This document shows, piece after piece, positions 9,239 through 19,804 of a stretch of 64,000 bases of DNA. The stretch is from Halarcobacter sp. (GTDB lineage: Bacteria; Campylobacterota; Campylobacteria; Campylobacterales; Arcobacteraceae). The translations under genes and the position numbers were made by a program. Each line of letters begins with the position of its first letter. Within the stretch, counting starts at the first letter, position 1. The notes beneath the pieces are model-generated. The model searched no databases. It was not told the DNA's origin and saw nothing but the letters and a program-made list of their open reading frames with translations. The stretch spans positions 3,136,001 through 3,200,000 of the forward strand of contig OY781089.1 in NCBI GenBank assembly GCA_963676565.1, in the 5' to 3' direction.

Positions 9239-9862
9239 TTAGTCTATTGAATCTAATGCTTCAATACATAGTTTTGTTATTTTATCAAAATCATTATTAG
9301 TTATTGCATCTTTTGGAACAAACCATGTTCCACCAACACACATAACATTTTTTAAAGTTAAGAATTCATTTAAATTTTCTAATTTTACTCCACCTGTTGG
9401 ACAAAAATTCATTTTTGAAAATGGACCACTAAAAGCTTTTAGAATATCTACTCCACCTGCAATTGTTGCAGGGAAAAGTTTACAATAAAAGATTCCATTA
9501 TTTTGGGCAAGCATAACTTCACTCGCAGTCGCAACTCCTGGGATTAAAGTAATCTCATGTTTTTTTGCAGCATCTATTAACTCTTGTGAAATTCCAGGGG
9601 AAAAAGCAAACTTTGCTCCGGCTTTTTTTGAAGCAATAATATCATCTTCGTTACAAACTGTTCCTGTCCCTACATTCATAGAAGGCATCTCTTTACTAAT
9701 AATCTCAACCGCTTTTAATCCAGCAGATGTTCTAAGTGTAATCTCCATCACATTTACACCCCCTGCACTTAAAGCACGTGCAAGTGGTAATGCATCTTTC
9801 TCATCATCTATAGCAATTACTGGAACTATTGGGGAAATACCCATTATATCTTTTGCTTCCAT
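9239..9862 (-). CDS. eda: KDPG aldolase
   Basis: EITLRT, KLFPA, FCPTGG. Confidence 0.96.
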   Translation of the reverse strand: MEAKDIMGISPIVPVIAIDDEKDALPLARALSAGGVNVMEITLRTSAGLKAVEIISKEMPSMNVGTGTVCNEDDIIASKKAGAKFAFSPGISQELIDAAKKHEITLIPGVATASEVMLAQNNGIFYCKLFPATIAGGVDILKAFSGPFSKMNFCPTGGVKLENLNEFLTLKNVMCVGGTWFVPKDAITNNDFDKITKLCIEALDSID

Positions 9863-11682
9863 TAGGCTCTCTCCTCTCCAACTAAATCAAAAATAGTAGC
9901 ACCCTCTTCTGCACTACCAACATTTGCTCTAATAGTAGAAAATAATTCTCTACCAAAACCATGAACATTTGAACTAGTATCTGGTAGTTCAATTTCTCTA
10001 TTTTCAAGCTCAATTGTATCAACAATTACACTTACTTCACCATTTTCAACATCAAATTTAATTAAATCCCCTGTTTTAATTTTAGCAATAACTCCTCCGT
10101 CACTAGCTTCTGGTGTTAGATGAATAGCTGAAGGCACTTTTCCTGAAGCCCCTGACATTCTTCCATCTGTTAAAATTGCAACTTTAAAACCTCTATCTTG
10201 TAAACTTCCAAGTGGTGGCATAAGACCATGAAGTTCAGGCATACCATTTGATTTTGGACCTTGATAACGTACTACTGCTATAAAATCTTTTTCAAGTTCT
10301 CCTGCTTTAAAGGCAGTTTGAAGTTCATCTTGAGAATTAAAGACAATTGCAGGAGCTTCTATTATCATATGCTCATTTTTTAACGCAGATGTTTTTATAA
10401 CACTTCTTCCAACATTCCCTTTTAGAAGTTTGATTCCACCCTCACTAAAAAATGGTTTTTGTACAGTTGAAATTATGTTTTCATCCCTAGAAACTTTTGC
10501 TCCTTTTTCAAAGACAACTTCATCTTTATCTAGTTTTGGTTCAACTACAAAGTTTTCTAAACCAAAGCCAACTACTGTTTTAACATCTTTATGAACAAGT
10601 CCTGCATCAATAAGTTGGGAGATAACTACAGACATTCCACCTGCATCCCTAAAATGATTTACATCAGCACTTCCATTTGGATACATTTTACATAAAAGAG
10701 GGATTACTTTAGAAAGCTCATCAAAATCATCCCATGTTAAAACAATACCAGCAGCCTTTGCCATAGCAATTAAGTGTATGGTATGATTTGAAGAACCTCC
10801 TGTTGCCATAAGTCCTATAATTGCATTTACAAAAGATTTTTCATCTATCATTTCCCCAATAGTTTTACCCTCTTTTTTCAACTTAATTAGAGTTTGTGCA
10901 GCTTTTCTAGTAAGGGCATCACGAAGTGGTGTATTTGTATTTACAAAAGAGGAGTTTGGAAGTTGTAATCCCATCATCTCCAAAAGCATCTGATTTGAGT
11001 TTGCAGTTCCATAAAACGTACAAGTACCACTACTATGGTATGATTTAGATTCAACTTCAAGTAAAGCTTTTTCATCAACTTTTCCTTGAGCGAACTCTTG
11101 TCTTACCTTTGCTTTTTGAGAATTTGAAATCCCCGATGGCATTGGTCCTGCTGGAACAAATATTGAAGGTAAATGACCAAATTGTAATGCTCCAATTAAT
11201 AATCCTGGAACAATCTTGTCACAAACTCCCAAATAAAAGGCTCCATCATAAACATTATGACTCATCCCAATAGCTGTTCCCATTGCAATATTATCCCTAG
11301 AAAAAAGAGACAATTCCATTCCAGGTTGTGATTGAGTAACCCCATCACACATAGCTGGAACCCCACCTGCTACTTGTGCAGTCGCACCATTATTAAATAG
11401 TTCTCTTTTTAAAAGAGCTGGATAAACTGAATATGGTTCATGGGCTGAAAGCATATCATTATATGCGGTAATAATTGCCATGTTTGGTGCAGTTTCACCA
11501 GTCATAACATTTTTCTCTTCACTATTCATAGGTGCTATTGCATGGGCAAAATTGCTACAACCTAAAGTTTTTCTATTAACTGTTTGTTTTTTTGCTTTTT
11601 TTACTCTGTCTAAATAGATTTCTCTACTTTTTTTTGAACGATCTATTATTTTCTGTGTTACATTTTTTACTATTTCATTCAT
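9862..11682 (-). CDS. edd: 6-phosphogluconate dehydratase
   Basis: YNDMLSAH, CDKIVPG, GMPELH, TDGRMSGASG. Confidence 0.97.
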   Translation of the reverse strand: MNEIVKNVTQKIIDRSKKSREIYLDRVKKAKKQTVNRKTLGCSNFAHAIAPMNSEEKNVMTGETAPNMAIITAYNDMLSAHEPYSVYPALLKRELFNNGATAQVAGGVPAMCDGVTQSQPGMELSLFSRDNIAMGTAIGMSHNVYDGAFYLGVCDKIVPGLLIGALQFGHLPSIFVPAGPMPSGISNSQKAKVRQEFAQGKVDEKALLEVESKSYHSSGTCTFYGTANSNQMLLEMMGLQLPNSSFVNTNTPLRDALTRKAAQTLIKLKKEGKTIGEMIDEKSFVNAIIGLMATGGSSNHTIHLIAMAKAAGIVLTWDDFDELSKVIPLLCKMYPNGSADVNHFRDAGGMSVVISQLIDAGLVHKDVKTVVGFGLENFVVEPKLDKDEVVFEKGAKVSRDENIISTVQKPFFSEGGIKLLKGNVGRSVIKTSALKNEHMIIEAPAIVFNSQDELQTAFKAGELEKDFIAVVRYQGPKSNGMPELHGLMPPLGSLQDRGFKVAILTDGRMSGASGKVPSAIHLTPEASDGGVIAKIKTGDLIKFDVENGEVSVIVDTIELENREIELPDTSSNVHGFGRELFSTIRANVGSAEEGATIFDLVGEERA

Positions 11683-12368
11683 GCGTGATAAACCTCTATT
11701 AATCTTTCATTGTTTAACACAGCACTTATTGGAGTTTTAAAAATATCCTTTGAGTTTAAGGCTTCTTCATATACTTTAAGTTTTTCTTCCCCTTCAATAT
11801 GAAGAATGATATTTTTAGCACTTAAAATTGCACCTAGGGTTAAACTCATCCTATCGTATGGTGCAGTATCTGGTTTTATAGAAATACATAGATTTTCATT
11901 TTTTAAATCATATGCTTCTTTTAATTTTTTATTATTAGGAAAAAGTGATGCTGTGTGTGAGTCACCTCCCATACCTAAAATAATAACATCAAAAGGGAAT
12001 ACACTATCTTCATAAGTTAATGAACAATCTTCATCACTCTCATATGCATTCTTCCCTTCAATGAACATTCCTACAAATTTAGCCTTTGAAGCAAAATTTT
12101 GCATTAAATTTTCTTTTACAAGTAATTCATTACTATCTTTATGTGTTGGTTCTACCCATCTATCATCAACAAGTGAAATTGTTACTTTCTCCCAAGGAAT
12201 ATCTATATTTGAAAGTTTTTGAAAAAGTGGTTTTGGTGTAGAACCACCTGAAACTAGTAAACTAGCCTTCCCTTTCTCTTCAATTTCATCTTGTAAAAGC
12301 TCAACTATATTTGAGCTTAGTTCTTCTAAAAGTTCCTCTTTTTTATCAAATTTTCTTAAATTAGTCAT
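11679..12368 (-). CDS. pgl: 6-phosphogluconolactonase
   Basis: SGGSTP, VDDRWV, LGMGGDSHTASLFP; start likely ATG 12368 overlapping zwf stop. Confidence 0.94.
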   Translation of the reverse strand: MTNLRKFDKKEELLEELSSNIVELLQDEIEEKGKASLLVSGGSTPKPLFQKLSNIDIPWEKVTISLVDDRWVEPTHKDSNELLVKENLMQNFASKAKFVGMFIEGKNAYESDEDCSLTYEDSVFPFDVIILGMGGDSHTASLFPNNKKLKEAYDLKNENLCISIKPDTAPYDRMSLTLGAILSAKNIILHIEGEEKLKVYEEALNSKDIFKTPISAVLNNERLIEVYHA

Positions 12369-13824
12369 CGTTCCAACTTCTTCCATCTTGAGCAATCATT
12401 TGAACTGCAGCTGTGGGACCATCAGTTCCTGCTGTATATTTTTTCATTGGAACTAAGTTTTGTTCCCAACCTTCTAAAATAGGGTCAGCCCATTTCCATG
12501 CAGCTTCAACTTCATCAAGTCTCATAAATAGTGTTGCATTTGCTCTAATTACATCTAAGATAAGTCTTTCATAGGCATCTGATTTTCTTTTATGAGTATG
12601 GGGTGCATTAAGTTCAAGATTTACTTCTTGTAATTGCATAGTTTCACTAAGACCTGGAATTTTATTCATAAGTCTTAATTCAATTGATTCTTCTGGTTGA
12701 AGCTTTATTACAAGTTTATTATCAACAAGTGGAGAATGATTGTTTTTTTCAAAAATTGAGTGGGGCATAGTTTTAAACTGTATTACAACCTCAGAATTTC
12801 TTTTTTGCATCCTTTTTCCACTTCTTATATAAAAGGGAACTCCATTCCATCTCCAATTATCTATATCAACTCTTACAGCAGCATAGGTTTCTGTATTACT
12901 CTCTTTTATATCTCCATCTAAATATCCAGGAACTGATTCTCCCATAGATGAACCAGCAGTATATTGAGCTCTTACAGTTTTTGTAGCTATCTCATGGGGA
13001 GAGATTGGCCTTAGTGTTTTTAAAACTTTAACTTTTTCATCTCTGATATCATTTGCATCAAGTGAACAGGGTGGTTCCATTCCAATTAGACATAATAATT
13101 GTAATAAATGGTTTTGAATCATATCTCTCATAGCACCATACTCATCATAATAACCCCATCTTCCCTCAGCTCCAACACTTTCAGCAACTGTAATTTGAAC
13201 ATGGTCAATATGGTTTGAACTCCAAAGATGAACAAATAATCTATTTGAAAATCTAAGAGCCATAATATTTTGAACTGTATCTTTACCTAAATAATGGTCA
13301 ATCCTATAGATTTGATTCTCTTCAAAATATTTTAAAACTGTTTTATTAATTGCCTGAGATGATTCCAAGTCTCTTCCAAGTGGTTTTTCTAAAACTACCC
13401 TTGAGTTTTCAGTAATCAAGTTATTGTGAGATAAAAATTTACAAATTCCACCAAAATAGTTTGGTGAAGTAGACAAATAGTTTACCCTATCTCGGTCAGG
13501 AAATTCATCAAGTATCTCTTTTAATTTGTCATACCCCTCATTGGTACAAAAATCAATAGTTACTATCTGTAACTTTTTTTTGAATCTATCAAAATCCTCT
13601 TCAGTAAAACTTTTCTTTGGTAAAAATTCAATCAGTTTTTCTTTTACTAATTCAATATGTTGAAAATTGTTCATATCTCTTCTAGAAACAGTAATAACTC
13701 TACTATCACTAGCTAGATACTCATCTTTACATAAATGAAAAAGGGCAGGCATTAGCTTTCTAAAAGCTAAATCACCATGCCCTCCAAATAAAATAAAATC
13801 GCATAAGTTGTCTTTAGTGTTCAT
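12361..13824 (-). CDS. zwf: Glucose-6-phosphate 1-dehydrogenase
   Basis: RIDHYLGK, RDMIQNHLLQ, WNGVPFYIRSGK. Confidence 0.97.
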   Translation of the reverse strand: MNTKDNLCDFILFGGHGDLAFRKLMPALFHLCKDEYLASDSRVITVSRRDMNNFQHIELVKEKLIEFLPKKSFTEEDFDRFKKKLQIVTIDFCTNEGYDKLKEILDEFPDRDRVNYLSTSPNYFGGICKFLSHNNLITENSRVVLEKPLGRDLESSQAINKTVLKYFEENQIYRIDHYLGKDTVQNIMALRFSNRLFVHLWSSNHIDHVQITVAESVGAEGRWGYYDEYGAMRDMIQNHLLQLLCLIGMEPPCSLDANDIRDEKVKVLKTLRPISPHEIATKTVRAQYTAGSSMGESVPGYLDGDIKESNTETYAAVRVDIDNWRWNGVPFYIRSGKRMQKRNSEVVIQFKTMPHSIFEKNNHSPLVDNKLVIKLQPEESIELRLMNKIPGLSETMQLQEVNLELNAPHTHKRKSDAYERLILDVIRANATLFMRLDEVEAAWKWADPILEGWEQNLVPMKKYTAGTDGPTAAVQMIAQDGRSWNDD

Positions 13825-13881
13825 TGTATACTTCTTTATGTTTTTTGTATATTATACTTTATAAGTATTACAATTAGATTA

Positions 13882-14736
13882 TTATTTTTTCTGTTTTTTA
13901 TCCAATTCATAAAAATAATTAGTAGCTTCCACAAAACCTTCTACAGAACCACAATCAAATCTTCTTCCTTTGAATTTATAAGCTAATACCATACCTTTTT
14001 TTGCTTGTTCACATAAAGAATCTGTTATTTGCAATTCTCCATTTTTACCTGGTTTTGTATTCTCTATTATTTCAAAGATTTCTGGAGTTAAGATATATCT
14101 TCCTATTACAGCTAAATTAGATGGTGCTTTATCATTATCTGGTTTTTCTACCATATTTGATACCATATATACTCCATCTTCCATTGGTTTACCTTCTATT
14201 ACACCATATTTATGTACTTGATCTTTTGGTACTTCCATACAAGCTACGATACAACATTTATATTTATTATACAAATCTACCATTTGTTTTAAAATTCCAT
14301 CACCTTTTTCATTTACACAAAGGTCATCTGCTAATACTACTGAGAATGGATTATTATCACCTACTAGAACTTTACCTTTATATATTGCATCACCTAAACC
14401 TTTCATTTCATTTTGTCTAGTATAGGTAAAGGTACAAGTCTCTATAATTTTTCTAATATCTTTTAGAAGATCTTCTTTAGAAGATCCTTTTATTTGATGT
14501 TCAAGTTCATAGGAAATATCAAAGTGATCTGTGATAGCTCTTTTACCTCGTCCTGTAATTGTTGCCATTACAGTACATCCTGCTTCCATCGCTTCTTCTA
14601 CACCATATTGGATTAATGGTTTTGTTAATATTGGCAACATCTCTTTTGGCATCGCTTTTGTTGCTGGCAAAAATCTTGTCCCATATCCTGCTGCTGGAAA
14701 CAGGCATTTTGTAATTTCGTTTGCTTTTTTAGTCAT
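13882..14736 (-). CDS. galU: UTP-glucose-1-phosphate uridylyltransferase
   Basis: PAAGYGTRFLPATKAMPKEMLP, VEKP. Confidence 0.96.
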   Translation of the reverse strand: MTKKANEITKCLFPAAGYGTRFLPATKAMPKEMLPILTKPLIQYGVEEAMEAGCTVMATITGRGKRAITDHFDISYELEHQIKGSSKEDLLKDIRKIIETCTFTYTRQNEMKGLGDAIYKGKVLVGDNNPFSVVLADDLCVNEKGDGILKQMVDLYNKYKCCIVACMEVPKDQVHKYGVIEGKPMEDGVYMVSNMVEKPDNDKAPSNLAVIGRYILTPEIFEIIENTKPGKNGELQITDSLCEQAKKGMVLAYKFKGRRFDCGSVEGFVEATNYFYELDKKQKK

Positions 14737-14755
14737 ATTTTCTTTTCCCTTTTAT

Positions 14756-16495
14756 TTAAATTTCACCCTTAAGCCACATCATTTGATATGGTTCAAGTGT
14801 TATTTCACGTCTAGATTTACAATCATCACATTCATATTGGTTACAATTTGCTGATAAAATATCACACAATGGTGAAGTTATATTTTCAGGAACGGCAACA
14901 GTCACCTCTTCATTTGAAAAGTTGTGAATTGCTAATATTCTTTCTTTGTTATCCCTAGATATTTGATCAACAACAAATAATCTTTCATCTAAATCTAAAA
15001 ATTCAAAATCTCCAAAAGGGTTAAATGATTTTTCATTAATTCTTATTGATATTAATCTCTTATAAGAATCAAGCATCTTTTTTGCTAATGAACCTTGTGT
15101 AGAAAGTTCCTTTTCAAGCCAATCAAAGTTATACTTTTCTCTATTTATAGTTCTATTACTACCAGAGTGTTTTACTCCATCATGGTAGTTTCTTGAACCA
15201 ACCAAAGAATGAAAATATACCCCAGGAACGCCTGGCATAACTAATACAGTTGCTTGGGCTAAAAGCATTCTTTTAAATCTTATTTGATCCTCTTCATCTG
15301 GATGAGTTAAAGCATCAATATATGAACAATTTAACTCATAAGGTGTTTGAGAACCATCTGATTCTGCTCTATATGAAACTAAACCACCATGCTCTTTTAC
15401 CTTATCAACCATTGCATAAAGTTCTTCATCACTTAAAATACCTTTAATAGGCCTCATACCTATACCATCATGGCTTGCTGTAAAGTTAAAGAAGCAAACC
15501 TTATCAGTAGGTAAAGTTAAGGTTTTTGCCCATGAGGTTAAAGTTTTTGTATTTTCATTTTGAATAGAATGAACTAAAAGTGGAGGTAAAGCAAAATTGT
15601 AAACCATTTGAGCTTCATCATCACCACTTCCAAAATATGATACATTTTCATGGTGAGGAACATTTGTTTCAGTAATAATAATCACTTCAGGTGCAACTTC
15701 ATGAAGAACCTCTCTGATTAATTGGATTAACTCATGGGTTTGTGGTAAATGAACACATTGGGTTCCAATCTCTTTCCATACAAAGGCAATAGCATCAAGT
15801 CTAATTAAAGTTGCTCCTTTTTCAATATAATAAAAAAGTGCATCAAGAACATTTCTTAACACTCTATGATTTTTATAGTTTAAATCAACTTGGTCTTTAC
15901 TAAAGGTAGTCCAAACATGTCTTAATTTACCATCATCGTCAATAAATTCACTTAAAAGTGGAGTTGCTCTAGGTCTGACAACTTCGCTTAAGTCAATTGA
16001 TGGGTCGACCTCAATAAAGAAATCTTGAAAATATCTATCACCAGAAAGAAAAGCTTTAAACCAATCTGAAAATTGAGAAATATGGTTAATTACTCCATCA
16101 ACCATAACTCTATAATCAGCACCTAACTGTTCAATTTCTCTCCATGATCCCATATGTGGATCTACTTCATTATAATTTACAACAGAAAAACCATCATCAC
16201 TAGAATATGGATAAAAAGGCAAAATATGAACAGAATTTACAAAACCTTTTAGATGATTATCCATAAACTCTTTTAAGGTTTGTAAAGAGGGCTCACACTC
16301 TCTGTTTACTTGATCACCATAGGTAATTAAAATAATATCTTTTTCACTTAGATGGTATTCATGGGATTTTATTCTTGATTTATATTTAAAAACTAAATCA
16401 ATAATACTATGAACTGCTTTTTCGGCTATCTCTTCAGGATAAAGTCTATGAATCCTTTTATTTATTATATGATTTGGGTCGGAGATATGTTTCAT
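14756..16495 (-). CDS. GH13_18 sugar phosphorylase, probably glucosylglycerate phosphorylase
   Basis: RLDAIAF, TETNVP, SHDGIG, PYELN; context with gpgS and glycerate kinase. Confidence 0.85.
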   Translation of the reverse strand: MKHISDPNHIINKRIHRLYPEEIAEKAVHSIIDLVFKYKSRIKSHEYHLSEKDIILITYGDQVNRECEPSLQTLKEFMDNHLKGFVNSVHILPFYPYSSDDGFSVVNYNEVDPHMGSWREIEQLGADYRVMVDGVINHISQFSDWFKAFLSGDRYFQDFFIEVDPSIDLSEVVRPRATPLLSEFIDDDGKLRHVWTTFSKDQVDLNYKNHRVLRNVLDALFYYIEKGATLIRLDAIAFVWKEIGTQCVHLPQTHELIQLIREVLHEVAPEVIIITETNVPHHENVSYFGSGDDEAQMVYNFALPPLLVHSIQNENTKTLTSWAKTLTLPTDKVCFFNFTASHDGIGMRPIKGILSDEELYAMVDKVKEHGGLVSYRAESDGSQTPYELNCSYIDALTHPDEEDQIRFKRMLLAQATVLVMPGVPGVYFHSLVGSRNYHDGVKHSGSNRTINREKYNFDWLEKELSTQGSLAKKMLDSYKRLISIRINEKSFNPFGDFEFLDLDERLFVVDQISRDNKERILAIHNFSNEEVTVAVPENITSPLCDILSANCNQYECDDCKSRREITLEPYQMMWLKGEI

Positions 16496-17706
16496 TACTC
16501 ATTGTCCTTTCTTACATATTCTGAAAACTTGTAAGAGAAATCTGACATTACTGATCTTACTGTAATCCAAGAAGATAATGATGGGATTCCCATAGGATCT
16601 TCATAAAACTCTTCTGCTGCTTCTTTAATTGCAACTTGAAAAGCCTCAACAGCTTTAATCTCTTTTTCTCTATTATATTCAAGTCCATTTAATTTACTTA
16701 AGGCATTGTATTTTGAAATTTCAAATCTTGATTCTTGGAAATATGTTGCCAAAAGGGTTTTAAATGAAGCTTCTGAAAAAACAACTCCCTCTTGAGCTAA
16801 AACTCTAAATATAGTTTTTGCAATATCATTTGCCATTTTATAAATTCCACCGCCATCTTGGGCACTACCTAACTCCTGATGCTTATGTTCATATGTTTCC
16901 ATTATCTCTGTTTGGCATATTCTTTTATTAGAAGTGTTTTTATAAACTTCACTTAATGTTGAAACTTCTAAGCCCCATGTAGGGGAAATAGCGATTCCTC
17001 TTCCTAGACTTCTAATAAAAGAAAACTCACCAGATAATGAGTACCTAAAACTTTCCATATAATCTAAATATCTATTTGAACCATAAACCTTTGTAAGAGC
17101 ATTGATTAATGGTGTGTAAAGTAATCTTGTAGCTCTACCATGAAGTTTGTTTGTAACCCTTGAATAATAACCTTTATTAAACTCAAAGTCTAATGCTGGA
17201 TGAATAATTGGATAAAAAAGTCTAGCTGGAATCTCTCTACTATAATTTACAATATCGCAATCGTGTAAAGCAAAGGCATAGGCATCTTTGTCTGCCATTC
17301 CATAACCTATCATTGTCCAAACATTTCTTCCTTTTCCAGGAGTATCAAGTCCAGGAAAACCTTCAGCGGTTAAATCTGCATAAAGCTCTTTTATTCTTGG
17401 TCCATCATTCCATAAAACATCTACTTTACAAGGTAAAACAGACATTAACTGTTTTACCTCTTCAAACTGCTCTTTTGTAGCTTGATCTAAACCAAGAATT
17501 ATTTTATAGAGATACTTTACATTTTTTAATTCTTCTATAATCTTATGCATTGCAGGAGTCTCAAACTCTGAATAAAGTGCTGGTAATAATAAAACCATTT
17601 TTCTTCTCGAACCAAAATCTTCTAACTCTTTTTCAATATCTTCTATTGGTCTATCACCAAGATTTTGTAAAGTTGTAATCACCCCATTTTGAAAAAAATC
17701 TGCCAT
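16495..17706 (-). CDS. gpgS: Glucosyl-3-phosphoglycerate synthase
   Basis: MADFFQNGVITTL, GKGRNVW, HDCDI, FNKGYYSR, YEHKHQ. Confidence 0.85.
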   Translation of the reverse strand: MADFFQNGVITTLQNLGDRPIEDIEKELEDFGSRRKMVLLLPALYSEFETPAMHKIIEELKNVKYLYKIILGLDQATKEQFEEVKQLMSVLPCKVDVLWNDGPRIKELYADLTAEGFPGLDTPGKGRNVWTMIGYGMADKDAYAFALHDCDIVNYSREIPARLFYPIIHPALDFEFNKGYYSRVTNKLHGRATRLLYTPLINALTKVYGSNRYLDYMESFRYSLSGEFSFIRSLGRGIAISPTWGLEVSTLSEVYKNTSNKRICQTEIMETYEHKHQELGSAQDGGGIYKMANDIAKTIFRVLAQEGVVFSEASFKTLLATYFQESRFEISKYNALSKLNGLEYNREKEIKAVEAFQVAIKEAAEEFYEDPMGIPSLSSWITVRSVMSDFSYKFSEYVRKDNE

Positions 17707-18866
17707 TATCTCCCCTTTTTTTCTATTATTATAAAATCCATCACATTTGTACCTGTAATTCCCGTTACAAAATCAAAACCAAGTTTTTTAAAAAATGTAT
17801 TAGAATCACTATTTTCTAAAAAATCTTTTGGATTTAATTTCATCTCATTCATCTTTTCAATAGTTTTCAAAGTTACAAATGCCCCATTTGCTTCAGAGCG
17901 TCCATCAATACCATCACTTCCTGCACACAAAATTGAAATATCTTCATTAACTACATTTTCAAGTAGTAATCTTAAAGCAAGTTCTTGGTTTCGTCCACCA
18001 TATCCCCCACCTGATTTTACTACTGTTGTTGTTTCCCCGCCAAACAACAACACAAAACTAGAGTATTTTTTATCATATTCTTTTATCAATTTAGTTACAA
18101 ACTTTGAAGCCTTTTTTGAAGGGTAATCTAAAGTTGTAGTAATAATTTCTACTTTTTCATAATCTTTTTTACAAAACTTTTTTGCTTCATTTAATGCTAT
18201 TTCATTATTCCCAACTAACATATGTTGAAACTTTCCATTGTTCATTGGAGCAGAACCTATAATATTTAAATCATCTCCAATTACATCACTTAAAACTAAT
18301 ACTTTTCCATTGGCTTTAATAAAATCAGCTAATTTCCCACCTTTTACTTGTGAAATAGATTTTCTAATTGTATTTAATGCTTTTATATCAATTCCAGAGG
18401 TTAATAAAGAGGATGAGGCTTTTATAAAGTCTTCTAAGCTAAGTCCCTTAATAGGTTTTTCAATCATTGCTGAAGCTCCACCTGAAAGTAAGAATATAAA
18501 ATAGTCATCTTTTTTCAACTTCTTTACATTATCAATTAGTTTACTTGCAGCTTCTTGGCTTTTTGTTGTTACATTAGGGTGTGTGGATGTAAAATGTTCT
18601 AAATATTTTAAACTTCCTTCCGAAGTTGAAACAATAAATCCACCTTTTATTTTTTTCCCAATTATATCTTCACACTCTTTTGCCATAGAAAAAGCAGCTT
18701 TCCCCACTCCAAAAATATAAAGATTATTAAACTTTTTTAAGTCTATTTTCTCATTGGAAATTGTTAATATATTTTTTTCTAAAGAGATATTATCTTTAAT
18801 AATAGACTTAGCTTTTACCTTATTTAATGCTTTAAAATATATTTTTTCTAAATTTTTCTTAGACAT
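17706..18866 (-). CDS. Glycerate kinase (MOFRL family)
   Basis: GVGKAA, LLSGGASA, SDVIGDD, GGETT, GGRNQE, GSDGIDG, TGTNVMD. Confidence 0.92.
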   Translation of the reverse strand: MSKKNLEKIYFKALNKVKAKSIIKDNISLEKNILTISNEKIDLKKFNNLYIFGVGKAAFSMAKECEDIIGKKIKGGFIVSTSEGSLKYLEHFTSTHPNVTTKSQEAASKLIDNVKKLKKDDYFIFLLSGGASAMIEKPIKGLSLEDFIKASSSLLTSGIDIKALNTIRKSISQVKGGKLADFIKANGKVLVLSDVIGDDLNIIGSAPMNNGKFQHMLVGNNEIALNEAKKFCKKDYEKVEIITTTLDYPSKKASKFVTKLIKEYDKKYSSFVLLFGGETTTVVKSGGGYGGRNQELALRLLLENVVNEDISILCAGSDGIDGRSEANGAFVTLKTIEKMNEMKLNPKDFLENSDSNTFFKKLGFDFVTGITGTNVMDFIIIEKKGR

Positions 18867-19653
18867 TTTTTAATACCATCTCATTCCAGCCCTTTGAGCC
18901 TTTAAATTCTGATTTTTGGATATTTTTAACCTTAGTTTCTACATATTTACCTTTATGGCTTTTGATAACTATAGGAATATCAACATTTTCAAACATAACA
19001 ATATCATTTGGTCCATCCCCTAAACCAATTGTCTTTATATCATCATCATAAATTCTTTCAAAAATCTTTTTTGCTTTTTTTACTGCAATACCTTTATCTT
19101 GAAACTCTCCAATTAAATGATAAAACCTACCACCTTCTGTAATTTTAATATTATATGTAAGTGCAAGGTTTTTTAAGTTTTTTAATTTTGTTTTATCTTC
19201 CAATAAAAATGGCTCAGTAAAATCTCTTTGTTTTGAAAGCTTTGCATCTTCTATACTTAAACCTGTATGTTTTACTATATCATCAATACTCATATCCGAA
19301 AAACCTATTAAACCAAACTCACTTTTATACTTATTATAGAAGTTTAGTACTTGTTTGTATTTAAGTCCAAGTTGTAAAATATAATAACCATGATACTCAT
19401 CTAAAAATGAAAGGTCAAAATTTTGATAATCTTTTGGAAAAAATATAGCGGCACCATTTTCAACAATAAAAGGTTCATTTATCCCAACTTTTTTTTGAAG
19501 CAACTCCACCTCAACTCTAGTTTTGCTTGTGGTGAATAATAATGGGATTTTTTTTTCGTTGATTAATTTAAGGGAATCCTTGGAAGAATCAAAAGAATAA
19601 TCATCATGATTTAAAAAAGTTCCATCTAAATCTGTAAATATTACTGTTTTCAT
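18859..19653 (-). CDS. gpgP: Glucosyl/mannosyl-3-phosphoglycerate phosphatase (HAD IIB)
   Basis: FTDLDGT, TSKTRVE, ENGA, GGRFYH, LGDGPND. Confidence 0.88.
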   Translation of the reverse strand: MKTVIFTDLDGTFLNHDDYSFDSSKDSLKLINEKKIPLLFTTSKTRVEVELLQKKVGINEPFIVENGAAIFFPKDYQNFDLSFLDEYHGYYILQLGLKYKQVLNFYNKYKSEFGLIGFSDMSIDDIVKHTGLSIEDAKLSKQRDFTEPFLLEDKTKLKNLKNLALTYNIKITEGGRFYHLIGEFQDKGIAVKKAKKIFERIYDDDIKTIGLGDGPNDIVMFENVDIPIVIKSHKGKYVETKVKNIQKSEFKGSKGWNEMVLKNV

Positions 19654-19804
19654 GTATAAAGTATATCATTTTATAAACATAAGTATATATTTTGACTATA
19701 TATTTTATATACAATATATTAATTAGTTACAAACTTGTAAAAAAAATATTTATTAAGTTTTAACTTTCTTTCAATAAAATTAGATTATCACAAAAGGGAG
19801 AATT

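Noticed and set aside
17689..18504. + strand ORFs of 145 and 88 aa
   Set aside because: Antisense to glycerate kinase; no motifs
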